A DNA stretch of 58,048 nt from an uncultured Eubacteriales bacterium (GTDB taxonomy: Bacteria > Bacillota > Clostridia > Lachnospirales > Lachnospiraceae): contig CAVFLH010000001.1 of assembly GCA_963622995.1 (NCBI GenBank), positions 1 to 58,048 of the forward strand, in the 5' to 3' direction. The first letter of the stretch is position 1; each line of letters opens with the position of its first letter. Both the position numbers and the translations under genes were made by a program. Shown piece by piece: positions 45,838-55,935 of the stretch. Below the pieces are notes generated by a model that searched no databases, was not told the origin of the DNA, and worked only from the letters and a program-made list of their open reading frames with translations.

Positions 45838-47745
45838 ATGGATCTTTACCTGTTAAATAATTTCTTCTTACGCTCAATGCGTCCAATGCGCGGGGCTGTT
45901 GATCGGTTTCTTCGCTTGTCTCAGACTGTGTTTTGGGCTTTTCTCGTGATGTTTACGCTCACCGCCTGCGGAAATGAGCGGATCTTTTCTGCTATTCCAA
46001 AGGAGACCGGGGAATTTTATTCTGCCGGGGATCTTTCTTCCGGTGGATCTTTTTCCGCAGAATCCGGCAATTCCGGGGAAGACATGAAGCTTCAGGCAGA
46101 TTTTGAGACATTCTGCACTGATCTTTTCAAGAAAGAGATGGAAGCTTCCAGCACCCTGGATCTCCACTATACATTACTCCACCCGAAAAATTATGGGATC
46201 GACACTGGGGACGCTGCGCTCGGTACATACAAGCTTTCTGAGCTCATGAAAAACAACCATGAACTTCATGATCTGAAAGAAAAGTTCTCCGAATTTGCCC
46301 CGGATTCCCTGTCCGCGGACCAGCAGGTCCTCTATGACGCACTTTCTGCGATAACCGATACCGGGCTGATGGCGGAAGGTCTTGAACTCTATGAACAGCC
46401 TCTCGCCCCCACCATCGGGATCCAGGCACAGCTTCCCATCCTGCTTGCGGAGTATTCTTTCCACTCGCTTCAGAATGTGGAAGACTATCTCACCCTGCTC
46501 TCCCAGCTTGATTCCTACTACGGGGATATTCTTTTCTTTGAGGGGCAGAAGGCAGCTGCCGGGCTGGGGCCCTCGGACGCCTCCATTGGCCGGATCATCG
46601 AATCCTGCCGGAGTTATCTCATCGAGCCGGAGAATAATTTTCTCACGGAGACCTTTGAGGCGCGGTTAACATCCCTGGAGTCCGATATTTCTCTCTCAGA
46701 ACAGCAGCGAAGTGATCTCTGTTCCCGCCATCTCGATATTATAAAAAACTCATTTCTTCCCGCCTACCACCATCTGATCGATGGTCTTTCCGCGTTAAAG
46801 GGGCGTGGGATCAATGAGGGCGGCCTGGCTGGGTTTCGGGATGGAAAACGGTACTATGAGTACCTTTTAAAGTCCGGTCCCGGGCTTTCCTATAATATAG
46901 AAGAGTTGAAGACAGCCCTGTCTGCCAGAATGCAGAAAAATCTGGAAACGATCTCCTCTGTCTCAAAAAAAGCCGGAAACGATGTCTCTTTCCGGCTCAC
47001 GGATCCGTCAGCCATCCTCACTGATCTCCAGCTTCAGATGGAAGCCGATTTTCCGGCTCTCTCTGAATCCTGCAGGCACTATGAGATCCGCTATGTCCCG
47101 TCGCAGCTGGAGGACACTTTGAGTCCCGCGTTTTACCTCACAGCTCCACTGGATGATCCCGCACAGAACGTGATCTACATCAATAGCGGCAGCACCAGCG
47201 CAGGCAGCGAACTGTACCCCACGCTCGCCCATGAAGGTTTTCCGGGGCATCTCTACCAGACGGTCTATTTCCGGGAGCACACAGGGAATCCCCTCGCCTC
47301 CCTGCTCACCTGTTCCGGAGCAAATGAGGGCTGGGCGACCTACGTGGAAAATCTGTCCTATTTCTACGATAACGGACTTTCCGCAGAGAACAGCGCCTAT
47401 CAGGCTGCCATGCGGTCCTTTTCCCTCTGTTTTCACTCGCTCTTAGATATCGGGATCAACTACGATGGCTGGTCCAAAGATCAGGCTGCCGCCTTTATCC
47501 GCACCTGTTTTGACGCGGATGACGCGCTGGTGGAAGAACTCTGGCAGACCATGATCGACAATCCCACTAACTACCTGGAGTATGCGGGCGGGTATGTGGA
47601 GATCATGGAGATGCGGGAGGAAGCGGAGAAAACGCTTGGGAACCGGTTTTCTGCTAAGGAATTCCACCGTTTTCTTCTCGATCTTGGTCCCGTTCCATTT
47701 TCCGTGACTCGAAAGTACTTTAAGATATGGCTCAATCATGCGTAA
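45838..47745 (+). CDS. DUF885-family lipoprotein (putative zinc peptidase)
   Basis: Lipobox LTAC, SPAFY, LAHEGFPGHLYQ, EGWATYVE and FHRFLL. ATG 45838 follows GGAGG; the exact start is uncertain. Confidence 0.8.
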   Translation: MDLYLLNNFFLRSMRPMRGAVDRFLRLSQTVFWAFLVMFTLTACGNERIFSAIPKETGEFYSAGDLSSGGSFSAESGNSGEDMKLQADFETFCTDLFKKEMEASSTLDLHYTLLHPKNYGIDTGDAALGTYKLSELMKNNHELHDLKEKFSEFAPDSLSADQQVLYDALSAITDTGLMAEGLELYEQPLAPTIGIQAQLPILLAEYSFHSLQNVEDYLTLLSQLDSYYGDILFFEGQKAAAGLGPSDASIGRIIESCRSYLIEPENNFLTETFEARLTSLESDISLSEQQRSDLCSRHLDIIKNSFLPAYHHLIDGLSALKGRGINEGGLAGFRDGKRYYEYLLKSGPGLSYNIEELKTALSARMQKNLETISSVSKKAGNDVSFRLTDPSAILTDLQLQMEADFPALSESCRHYEIRYVPSQLEDTLSPAFYLTAPLDDPAQNVIYINSGSTSAGSELYPTLAHEGFPGHLYQTVYFREHTGNPLASLLTCSGANEGWATYVENLSYFYDNGLSAENSAYQAAMRSFSLCFHSLLDIGINYDGWSKDQAAAFIRTCFDADDALVEELWQTMIDNPTNYLEYAGGYVEIMEMREEAEKTLGNRFSAKEFHRFLLDLGPVPFSVTRKYFKIWLNHA

Positions 47746-47800
47746 AAAAACGGCTGCCCGGAGAACTTTTTCTGTTCTCCGGTACAGCCGTCTCACTTTT
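47744..47800. terminator. Bidirectional intrinsic terminator
   Basis: AAAAAAACGGCTG.CCGGAGAAC...GTTCTCCGG.CAGCCGT between convergent genes. Confidence 0.8.
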
Positions 47801-47816
47801 CCCTATAAAATTTTCC

Positions 47817-48173
47817 TTAACCGACGCTGTCAGATGCCACGATATTTACACCGCATCCGCAGATATTCTCAACGATCACATCATATCTCTTTACCGGCAC
47901 CTTCACATCCACTGCCTTCAACACTTTCATGCAATCCGCCAACAGTTCCTTCGGAACCGGCTTCTCTGAGCGGACCGGAAGAAGCGGCTGGTCTGCGCCC
48001 TCTAACTTCACGGTACTTGTGAGGATCCTTACCGGATGAGCAAATTCCTGCTTTCCGTATTCCTCGCCTCGTTTACATGTATATCCAGTGATCGAATCTA
48101 CCCGGTCGCCTTCTCCTGTCACAGTGATATGGCATCCCATCGGGCAGACAGTACAGATAATCTCTTTCTCCAT
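47817..48173 (-). CDS. DUF1667 (CxxC) small protein
   Basis: ICTVCPMGC, GYTCKRG..Y and P.RILTSTV motifs. Confidence 0.85.
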   Translation of the reverse strand: MEKEIICTVCPMGCHITVTGEGDRVDSITGYTCKRGEEYGKQEFAHPVRILTSTVKLEGADQPLLPVRSEKPVPKELLADCMKVLKAVDVKVPVKRYDVIVENICGCGVNIVASDSVG

Positions 48174-48189
48174 CTTGTCTCCATCCTTC

Positions 48190-48900
48190 CTATTTCACTA
48201 CAGAGCTTAAAAGTCCGCCGATCGCCCATGCAACGATCTGCTGTGTCGGCATTGCGCTTAATTTGTCATAGCCTTCCGGAAGAGATGCGATCAGTCCGGA
48301 GTATCCGCCGAAATCACCGATATGAGTTCCAACGAAGAAGATCAAAAGAGCATATGTTGCGATACAAACGACACGTCCGATAGCTGCGGAACCTTTCATT
48401 CCTGCGAAACCAGTGTAGATCGCCGCGATCGTAACACCGATAAACATTGCGAGACCGGTATTTAAGCCCGGAAGAACGATCTGGATGATGGAGGAAATCG
48501 TCTTTAACTGGATCGGGATATAGATGATACCGAAGATGATCCATACATAAGACTGAAGTCTTGCAACACCCGGTGAGAAACGGGACTCCAGGTAATCCGG
48601 AAGTGCCTCTGTCTTTAAATTCTTACGAAGAGGACTGGCCAGAAGTCCTAAGAACAGGATGTAAACGCCGCTGGCGATGGAATACCAGCATCCTGCGATA
48701 CCCATTGTGTAGCCGTTCTGTGCGGCACCAACAACGCTCATGCCTCCGATCTGCCATGCGCCTAACATTGCGCCGACCGCAAATGCACTCATTGACCGGT
48801 CACTGCCGGACCACTGGTTTGCATGTGAGATCTTCGTTCCTGCATAGATGCCGACGGCAATAATCAGAATAAAAGTCACGATCCATGTAGCAATTAACAT
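48190..48900 (-). pseudogene. Truncated sodium:solute symporter (N-terminal half only)
   Basis: SSS motifs GG.SVVG.AQ.GY..G, LPDYLE.RF and YTGFAGMKG. Stops at 236 aa with no downstream remainder. Confidence 0.7.
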
Positions 48901-49143
48901 ACAATTACTCCTTTCTTTTAAAAAATGATCTTTATAGGCATATATTAGTCTTTTTTGCGTCAATACGATAGGAAAAATCGGAACCGAGAAGCTTTTCATC
49001 TTGTTTTACCACAATTTTCCATCATTTTATAGTCAAATCTTTTAAAGGTCGAATTTTTATCATAAGACTCATTCAAGATCTGAGAGCAGTCGATTGCGAC
49101 AATCTATATCTTCGCACGAGTTCACATTATTGGCGCATTAGTA

Positions 49144-49196
49144 CCTTTTTTGTTTAACAGGTAATTCCATCGGAATTACCTGTTAAACAAAAAAGG
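49144..49196. repeat. Perfect 25-bp inverted repeat with 3-nt loop
   Basis: CCTTTTTTGTTTAACAGGTAATTCC-ATC-GGAATTACCTGTTAAACAAAAAAGG. Confidence 0.9.
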
Positions 49197-49263
49197 ACAG
49201 CTGACTGCTGCCCTTTCTTTCCTAACTATTGTCATTCATAAATCTTTAGTCACTTCGCATTTA

Positions 49264-50421
49264 TTAGCCTTCTATTCCACCTGCGTACTGCAAAATTGCA
49301 CGGAATGCAATCTCATATCCCGGTACAAGGGAAGCGGTGTCAATATATTCTTCCCTTGTATGCGCTCCGGCACCAGTGCAGACACCAAAGCATACCGCTG
49401 GTATTCCACGGAATAACGGAATATTGCAGTCCGTGGAACCTGAACCACGCCCCGGCATTTCTCCGGTCACAGTTTTTATGATCTCCTCTGCATTGCAGAG
49501 AAGCTGTTCTTTCTTTTTCGCGTCCACAACTCCCTCGCAAGGACGTTTTCCAAGGACTTTTACGGAAATATCAACCTTTTTATCCTTGAAAAACGCAATC
49601 ACTGCGTTGAAATGGGTCTCCATAAATGTAAGGTTCTCAATGCGGTCTGAACGGAATTCGTACAGCATGGATACCTGCTGTGCAATCGTATTGACGGATG
49701 TTCCGCCCTTAATCGTACCGACATTATATGTCGTTTTTCCTCCCTCCGGTATCTTCTGCTTATAAAGTTCCCCGATGACCTCTGCCATAAGTGCGATCGC
49801 ATTCGGATTTCCAAACGCTCCGTAGGAATGTCCGCCGATGGTCTTTATCTCCACTTCGTAGCGGACAGAACCGACTGCTCCATCCGTCAGATGTTTATAA
49901 TATCCGTCAAAGGAATAGAAAGTCTCAATTCTGTCCCCAAAATCCTCACAGATTTTTCCGGATCCCTTCAGATTTCCAAGCCCTTCCTCACCGCTGTTGC
50001 ATACAAAGAGGAAACCACAATCCGCCTGAAACTCTCCTGCCGCTATTTTTCCGGCGATAAATTTTTCCACCATCATCAACGCAACAAGGTTTGCCGTATC
50101 ATCCCCGACACCCGGGCATTTCATTTTACCATCTTCCTCAACAAGCGGAAGCGGTTCTGTGTCCGGGAATACAACGTCCATATGAGCCATGAATACACGA
50201 ATCTTTTTATGCTCATCCAGTCCGACCGGATAAATGACATTGAGCGCATCATCAATGTAAACGCCCCTGGCTCCATTTTCCGTAAGCCAGTTTTTACAGA
50301 ATTCCGCACGTTTTTCCTCATGATTGGATGGGGCCGGAATCTGCGCAATCGTTGCCAGCAGATCATGTGTCTCCTGTGCATGTGCGTCAATATATGCCTT
50401 AATCTCTTTCCATAAATACAT
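49264..50421 (-). CDS. M20/M25/M40-family metallopeptidase
   Basis: AHMDVVF, PGVGDD, GEEGLG, GGHS, GGTSVN, STDCN and AHTREE. Confidence 0.88.
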   Translation of the reverse strand: MYLWKEIKAYIDAHAQETHDLLATIAQIPAPSNHEEKRAEFCKNWLTENGARGVYIDDALNVIYPVGLDEHKKIRVFMAHMDVVFPDTEPLPLVEEDGKMKCPGVGDDTANLVALMMVEKFIAGKIAAGEFQADCGFLFVCNSGEEGLGNLKGSGKICEDFGDRIETFYSFDGYYKHLTDGAVGSVRYEVEIKTIGGHSYGAFGNPNAIALMAEVIGELYKQKIPEGGKTTYNVGTIKGGTSVNTIAQQVSMLYEFRSDRIENLTFMETHFNAVIAFFKDKKVDISVKVLGKRPCEGVVDAKKKEQLLCNAEEIIKTVTGEMPGRGSGSTDCNIPLFRGIPAVCFGVCTGAGAHTREEYIDTASLVPGYEIAFRAILQYAGGIEG

Positions 50422-50436
50422 TTTCGTCAACCTCTT

Positions 50437-52104
50437 TTATTCAACGTAACCTGCATTCCAGAAAAACAGTCCGCTGTAATTATTCAGTCCCTTAACATGA
50501 TCGTTCCATGCATAGTTTGCGATATAATGACCTAATTGCAGGACAGAAAGATAATCCCAGGAATACTCCTGAACTTTTTCCCATGCCGCCTTTGCATCAT
50601 CCATGGTGGTTGCTGTGTTCATTTCGGACATAAGTCCCTGTAAGGTCTCATCATCATTCCAACCTGCATAGTTCGGTCCAAGATAAAGCTTTAAGGACGG
50701 AATCGGTACCTGTGCGAATGTGCAGATGTACATATCATATGCCGTAGGATCTGTACTCTGTGCCTGGAGTGTCGGCCAATCCACGATATTCAATTCTACC
50801 GGAATTCCTACCTCCTCCAGTTCACTCTGCATAGCCACTGCCATGTAATCCATTTTGTTCAGTGTTGCCGCCATCAGCTTCATCGGAGTTCCGTCATACC
50901 CGTTTTCTTTCAGAATCTCCTTCGCCTTTTCCGGATCATGGACATTGTACTCTTCCGAGCCTGCCTCTGTATACCAGAACGGCTGTGCCTCATCCATATA
51001 GCAGGAGCCCATAGTGAATCCGTTTGTTCCGTATGTTGCTGTCATAACCTCCTCATAATCGAGTGCATAGCTGACCGCCTTGCGAAACCATTCATTCGAG
51101 CAGAGACCTTCCTTATGGTTAATGATCGGTGCAATTGATCCCTGCTGTGTGGAGTAAACGGTAATTCCGTCAAGGGAAGACACACGTTCTACATCATCCG
51201 CCGGTAAGTTAAATATCACATCATACTGCCCTGATTCCAGACCGGCGTTTCTTGTGTTAGACTCTGAAACAATCCAGTAAATAATCGTCTTGGTCGGTGC
51301 AGACTTGTAGCCGGCCCAGCCGTCCATCGGTTCGCCCTCTGTACCATACGGAACATAGTCATCAAACCGTTCAAGCTTTACATATTGATCTTGCGGCCAT
51401 TCCACAAACTTATATGGACCGGTTCCGATATATTCCGTCATGAAGCCGTTTGTATCTTCCTTCTCACATGCCTCTGCTGTGGTGATTGATGCCGGCTGCG
51501 CAGCGCCTGCGATCACGCATGGGAAGAGCAGGATCGGCTTGTCTGCCGCAATTTTTACCGTATAGTCATCAACCTTTTCAAATCTTGCATCGCCAACCAT
51601 CGCATTCGCTGTGCTGAATGCGTTGATCCAGCGGTTCATGGATGCAACGACATCATCCGCCGTCATTTCGCTTCCATCATGGAATTTTACACCTTTTCTC
51701 AGGTAAAATGTGATTGTTTTTGCATCATCACTGGCTTCATAGGATTCGCAGAGCTCCGGCACTGCCTCGCCGTTGGAGTTCAACGTGACGAGCTTCTCCC
51801 AGCAGGTTCCATCCATCATCTGGCGGGCAATCAGGCTGGAGTTTTTATGCAGATCCAGAGATGGAGCCTGCTGTGCGACCGCAATGTTCAAGGTATCCTT
51901 ATATGTTGCATTTGGATCTGCAACTGATACGGTTGCACTGTTTTCCGATGCCTCTGTGGTTTCGGTCCCCGCAGTACCTGCTGCTTCTGCAGCTGTTGTT
52001 CCTGAAGCTCCTGCATCAGTTGATGTCTGTGATCCTCCGCAGGCAGTAAGTGCCATGGCCGCCGCCATGGCCGCAGCGATATATTTCACTTCTTTTCGTC
52101 TCAT
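50437..52104 (-). CDS. ABC transporter substrate-binding lipoprotein (family 5), paralog 2
   Basis: Lipobox LTAC, Ala/Thr linker, LRKGVKFHDG..MTADDVVAS and GTGPYKF. ATG 52104 follows AGGAGG. Confidence 0.92.
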   Translation of the reverse strand: MRRKEVKYIAAAMAAAMALTACGGSQTSTDAGASGTTAAEAAGTAGTETTEASENSATVSVADPNATYKDTLNIAVAQQAPSLDLHKNSSLIARQMMDGTCWEKLVTLNSNGEAVPELCESYEASDDAKTITFYLRKGVKFHDGSEMTADDVVASMNRWINAFSTANAMVGDARFEKVDDYTVKIAADKPILLFPCVIAGAAQPASITTAEACEKEDTNGFMTEYIGTGPYKFVEWPQDQYVKLERFDDYVPYGTEGEPMDGWAGYKSAPTKTIIYWIVSESNTRNAGLESGQYDVIFNLPADDVERVSSLDGITVYSTQQGSIAPIINHKEGLCSNEWFRKAVSYALDYEEVMTATYGTNGFTMGSCYMDEAQPFWYTEAGSEEYNVHDPEKAKEILKENGYDGTPMKLMAATLNKMDYMAVAMQSELEEVGIPVELNIVDWPTLQAQSTDPTAYDMYICTFAQVPIPSLKLYLGPNYAGWNDDETLQGLMSEMNTATTMDDAKAAWEKVQEYSWDYLSVLQLGHYIANYAWNDHVKGLNNYSGLFFWNAGYVE

Positions 52105-52186
52105 ACTGTTATCCTCCTGATTCTTCATAATGTACGGGAGGAGCCACCCGGCAACTTACCGGGTTCTCCTCCATATTACGTCATTT

Positions 52187-53827
52187 TTATTCTTTTATGC
52201 CGGCATTCCAGTAAAACAGACCACTGAACTCGTTCAGACCTTCTACTTTATTATTCCATGCGTAGTGAGCAATGTAGTGACCTGCATTGATGAGCGGCAG
52301 ATACTCCCAGGAATATGCCTGCAGATCTTCCCAAGCGGTCTTTGCATCATCCAGAGATGTTGCTGTGTTCATCGCAGCGAACTTTTCTGCGAGTGTCGCG
52401 TCATCAGACCAGCCCGGATAGCTCGGTCCAAAGTAGAGTTTTAAGGATGGAACCGGAACCTGTGCAAAGGATGTGATATAAAGATCAAACTTCTCCGGAT
52501 CCTTTCTGTAATCAGTAAGTGTTGCCCAGTCAACGATCGTAAGCTCTGTCGGGATTCCGATTGCTTCCAGCTCCTGCTCCATCGCTACTGCCATATAGTT
52601 CATATTGTTTGTTGTGCTGACAAGGATCTTAAATGTTTCGCCGTTGTATCCATTATCCGCAAGGATCTGTTTTGCCTTCTCCGAATCCTTCTGATTGTAA
52701 TTTTCAGAACCTGCATCTGTATCCCAGAATGCCTGAGCCTCATCCATATAGCAGGAACCAAGGTCATATCCGCCCTCTCCATAAACAGCTGTCAGAATCT
52801 CATCCATATCGAGACAGGTATTGACAGCAGTACGGAAATACTGGTTTGCAGCGATTCCCTGTTTGTGGTTGAATACAAGTGCTACAGTACCGGCCTGATA
52901 GGCGTTTACATGTAAGTCGGAATTGGATTCCAAACGCTCCACATCATCGTTTGGCACATTATCAATGATATCATACTGTCCCGTCTCAAGTCCTGCTTCC
53001 CTTGTCGTTGCCTCCGGTACATAGTTAAAGATCAATGTTTTTGTCGGAGCTGCCTTATAGCCTGCCCAGCCATCCATCGGCTCGCCTTCTGTTCCATATG
53101 CCACATAATCATCAAATTTGTCCAGACGGATATACTGATCCTGCTGCCACTCTGTAAATTTATATGGACCTGTTCCGATATACTCCTCAAGGAAACCATT
53201 GCTGTCTTCCTTCTCACACGCTGCTGCTGTTGTGATTGCTGCAGGCTGCGCAGCTCCTGCAATCATCTGTGGGAGAAGGATGATGGAGTGATCGGCCTGG
53301 ATTTTTACAGTATAATCATCCACCTTTTCAAATCTTGCTTCACCAACTGTACTCTTAGCGGAACTGAAGCCTTCAATCCAGCGGTTCATGGATGCAACGA
53401 CATCATCCGCTGTCATCTCGCTTCCATCATGGAATTTTACGCCCTTTCTTAAATTGAAGGTGATCGTTGTCGCGTCGTCGCTGACCTCATAGGATTCGCA
53501 AAGCTCCGGAACAGCCTCTGCCTTCGAGTTCTGTGTAACAAGCTTCTCAAAAACCGTTCCATCCATGATCTGTCTTGCAATCAGGCTTGAGTTTTTATGC
53601 AGATCCAGAGACGGTGCCTGCTGTACAACCGCAATATTCAAGGTGTCTTTATATGTCGCATTTGCATCCGGCACACCCGAAGCTGTTGTTGTAGCCTCAG
53701 CCGCCGCAGAAGTGTCGCTTCCTCCCGCTGCCGCCGTTGTTGCGCTGCTCCCAGAACCGCCGCAGGCACTGAGAACAGCGGATGCTGCTAAAATTACTGC
53801 TGTCGCTTTTGCACTCATTTTTCTCAT
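52187..53827 (-). CDS. ABC transporter substrate-binding lipoprotein (family 5), paralog 1
   Basis: Lipobox LSAC and the same family-5 motifs. Collinear with and highly similar to the neighbouring gene. Confidence 0.92.
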   Translation of the reverse strand: MRKMSAKATAVILAASAVLSACGGSGSSATTAAAGGSDTSAAAEATTTASGVPDANATYKDTLNIAVVQQAPSLDLHKNSSLIARQIMDGTVFEKLVTQNSKAEAVPELCESYEVSDDATTITFNLRKGVKFHDGSEMTADDVVASMNRWIEGFSSAKSTVGEARFEKVDDYTVKIQADHSIILLPQMIAGAAQPAAITTAAACEKEDSNGFLEEYIGTGPYKFTEWQQDQYIRLDKFDDYVAYGTEGEPMDGWAGYKAAPTKTLIFNYVPEATTREAGLETGQYDIIDNVPNDDVERLESNSDLHVNAYQAGTVALVFNHKQGIAANQYFRTAVNTCLDMDEILTAVYGEGGYDLGSCYMDEAQAFWDTDAGSENYNQKDSEKAKQILADNGYNGETFKILVSTTNNMNYMAVAMEQELEAIGIPTELTIVDWATLTDYRKDPEKFDLYITSFAQVPVPSLKLYFGPSYPGWSDDATLAEKFAAMNTATSLDDAKTAWEDLQAYSWEYLPLINAGHYIAHYAWNNKVEGLNEFSGLFYWNAGIKE

Positions 53828-53856
53828 AACATTCTCCTCCTCGAATTATATGAATT

Positions 53857-54831
53857 TTATTCACAGCGCAGACATGCTGCACGGTGTCCCGGTGTGATCT
53901 CTTTCATCTGCGGAACAGTTCTGGAACAGATGTCCGTTGCATATGGACATCTCGTGTGGAAAACACATCCTGTCGGCGGATCAATCGGCGACGGAAGCTC
54001 TCCTTTCAGTTGAATCCTCTCCTTCGTGACATGCGGGTTCGCATGGGGCACTGCTGAGAGAAGCGCCTGTGTATACGGATGAAGCGGATTGGAAAACAGT
54101 TCCCCGGTCTCCGCCTCCTCCATTAAATGTCCAAGATACATGACTCCGATCCGGTCGGAAATGTAGCGGACGATACTGATATCATGGGCAATGAAAAGAT
54201 AGGAGATTCCCTCTTCCTCCCTGAGATCCTGCATCAGGTTAACGATCTGAGCCTGAATTGAAACGTCAAGGGCGGATACCGGCTCATCACAGATAATCAG
54301 CTTCGGGTCCAGAATCAGTGCTCTCGCAATTCCGATTCTCTGTCGCTGTCCGCCTGAAAACTCATGCGGGAAACGGTAGAAATGTTCCGGTCTGAGTCCC
54401 ACCTTGTGGAGCATATTCATGGCAAGCTCCATGCGTTCTTCCTTGTTCCTTCCTATTTTATGGATTTCAAGAACCTCCATAAGGATGTCCCCGACTCTCT
54501 TTCTCGGATTCAGGGATGTGAACGGATCCTGAAATACCATCTGAACCTCTCTGCGGTATGGGATCAGTTCTTTGTCATTCAGCTTTGTAATGTCATGTCC
54601 CATGACCTCAACAGTTCCCTCTGTCGGATTCAGCAGACGGATTAATGTCCGCCCCAGGGTACTTTTTCCGCATCCGGTCTCTCCTACCAGACCGTAAACC
54701 TCGCCCTCATATATGGAAATATCGACTCCATCGACAGCTTTTACTACCTTTTTCATACTGCCGTTATTTCCTTTTACCGGGAAGTACTGTTTAATTCCCG
54801 TTCCTTTTAATACAACTTTTCTCTCGTCCAT
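53857..54831 (-). CDS. Peptide/nickel ABC transporter ATPase (OppF/DppF-like)
   Basis: GETGCGKST, FSGGQRQR, DEPVSALD and HPYT with Cys-rich tail. Confidence 0.93.
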   Translation of the reverse strand: MDERKVVLKGTGIKQYFPVKGNNGSMKKVVKAVDGVDISIYEGEVYGLVGETGCGKSTLGRTLIRLLNPTEGTVEVMGHDITKLNDKELIPYRREVQMVFQDPFTSLNPRKRVGDILMEVLEIHKIGRNKEERMELAMNMLHKVGLRPEHFYRFPHEFSGGQRQRIGIARALILDPKLIICDEPVSALDVSIQAQIVNLMQDLREEEGISYLFIAHDISIVRYISDRIGVMYLGHLMEEAETGELFSNPLHPYTQALLSAVPHANPHVTKERIQLKGELPSPIDPPTGCVFHTRCPYATDICSRTVPQMKEITPGHRAACLRCE

Positions 54832-54832
54832 G

Positions 54833-55825
54833 TTAAGCCCCCATTCCAGCCATATGGCATCTTACTTTCTGGGTCGCACTTACTTCCCGGAGCTCCGGCA
54901 TCTCTTTCCTGCACTTGTCTGTCGCATACGGACATCGCGGTGCAAACCGGCATCCCTCCGGAATCTGATTGAGTAGCGGCACCATTCCGTCAATCTGGTA
55001 AAGGCGTTCCCCCTTATCTCCGTCAATCTGCGGAATGGAACGGATCAAGCCCCGTGTATATGGGTGCTGTGGGTTGTCGAAGATAGAATTTACGTCTGCC
55101 TCCTCAACAACTTGACCGAGATACATAACGATAACTCTCTGGCAGACCTCCGCGACCACGGCGAGATCGTGAGTGATCAGCATAACTCCCATATCCAGCT
55201 TGTGGTTCAATTCTACAATCAGATCCATGACCTGCGCCTGGATCGTAACATCCAACGCTGTTGTCGGCTCATCCGCAATCAGGAGCTTTGGATGACAGGC
55301 TAATGCGATGGCAATCATAACTCGCTGTCTCATGCCACCGGATAACTGGTGAGGATACTGGGCAAACCGCTTTTCCGGTTCCGGAATTCCTACCAGACGG
55401 AGCATCTCGACGGATTTCTCCACTGCCTCTTTCTTTGAGATCTTCTGATGGATCAGGAGTGCCTCCATGATCTGGGAACCCACGGTAAATACGGGATTCA
55501 GGGAGCTTAATGCGTCCTGGAATACCATGGAAACTTTTTCTCCCCTGACCTTCTGCATTTCCCGTTCCGGAAGATCAAACAGGTTCTGTCCTTCCAACTT
55601 CACCGTTCCCGAATACGCTGCTACCCGCTTTTCATCGTAAAGTCTCATGATGGACTGGGAGGTAACGCTCTTCCCGCATCCGGACTCACCAACGATTCCA
55701 AGGATCTCTCCTTTATATACACAAAAGGAAACACCATCTATTGCTTTTAAATCTCCACGCTCTGTATGGAACTTCGTACAGAGTCCATCTACTTCAAGGA
55801 TCTTTTCTCTCTCTTTCTCCGGCAT
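54833..55825 (-). CDS. Peptide/nickel ABC transporter ATPase (OppD/DppD-like)
   Basis: GESGCGKS, LSGGMRQR and DEPTTALD. ATG 55825 follows AGGAGG. Confidence 0.93.
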   Translation of the reverse strand: MPEKEREKILEVDGLCTKFHTERGDLKAIDGVSFCVYKGEILGIVGESGCGKSVTSQSIMRLYDEKRVAAYSGTVKLEGQNLFDLPEREMQKVRGEKVSMVFQDALSSLNPVFTVGSQIMEALLIHQKISKKEAVEKSVEMLRLVGIPEPEKRFAQYPHQLSGGMRQRVMIAIALACHPKLLIADEPTTALDVTIQAQVMDLIVELNHKLDMGVMLITHDLAVVAEVCQRVIVMYLGQVVEEADVNSIFDNPQHPYTRGLIRSIPQIDGDKGERLYQIDGMVPLLNQIPEGCRFAPRCPYATDKCRKEMPELREVSATQKVRCHMAGMGA

Positions 55826-55935
55826 AACTGCCACCTCCTGATTTTTCTATAAAAGTGCTGCCGGACAGCTATGCGGACTGTGTGCCTGCACACAAGGACG
55901 TATAGAAATCCGGCAGTCAGGCCAGCTCTTTTTGT

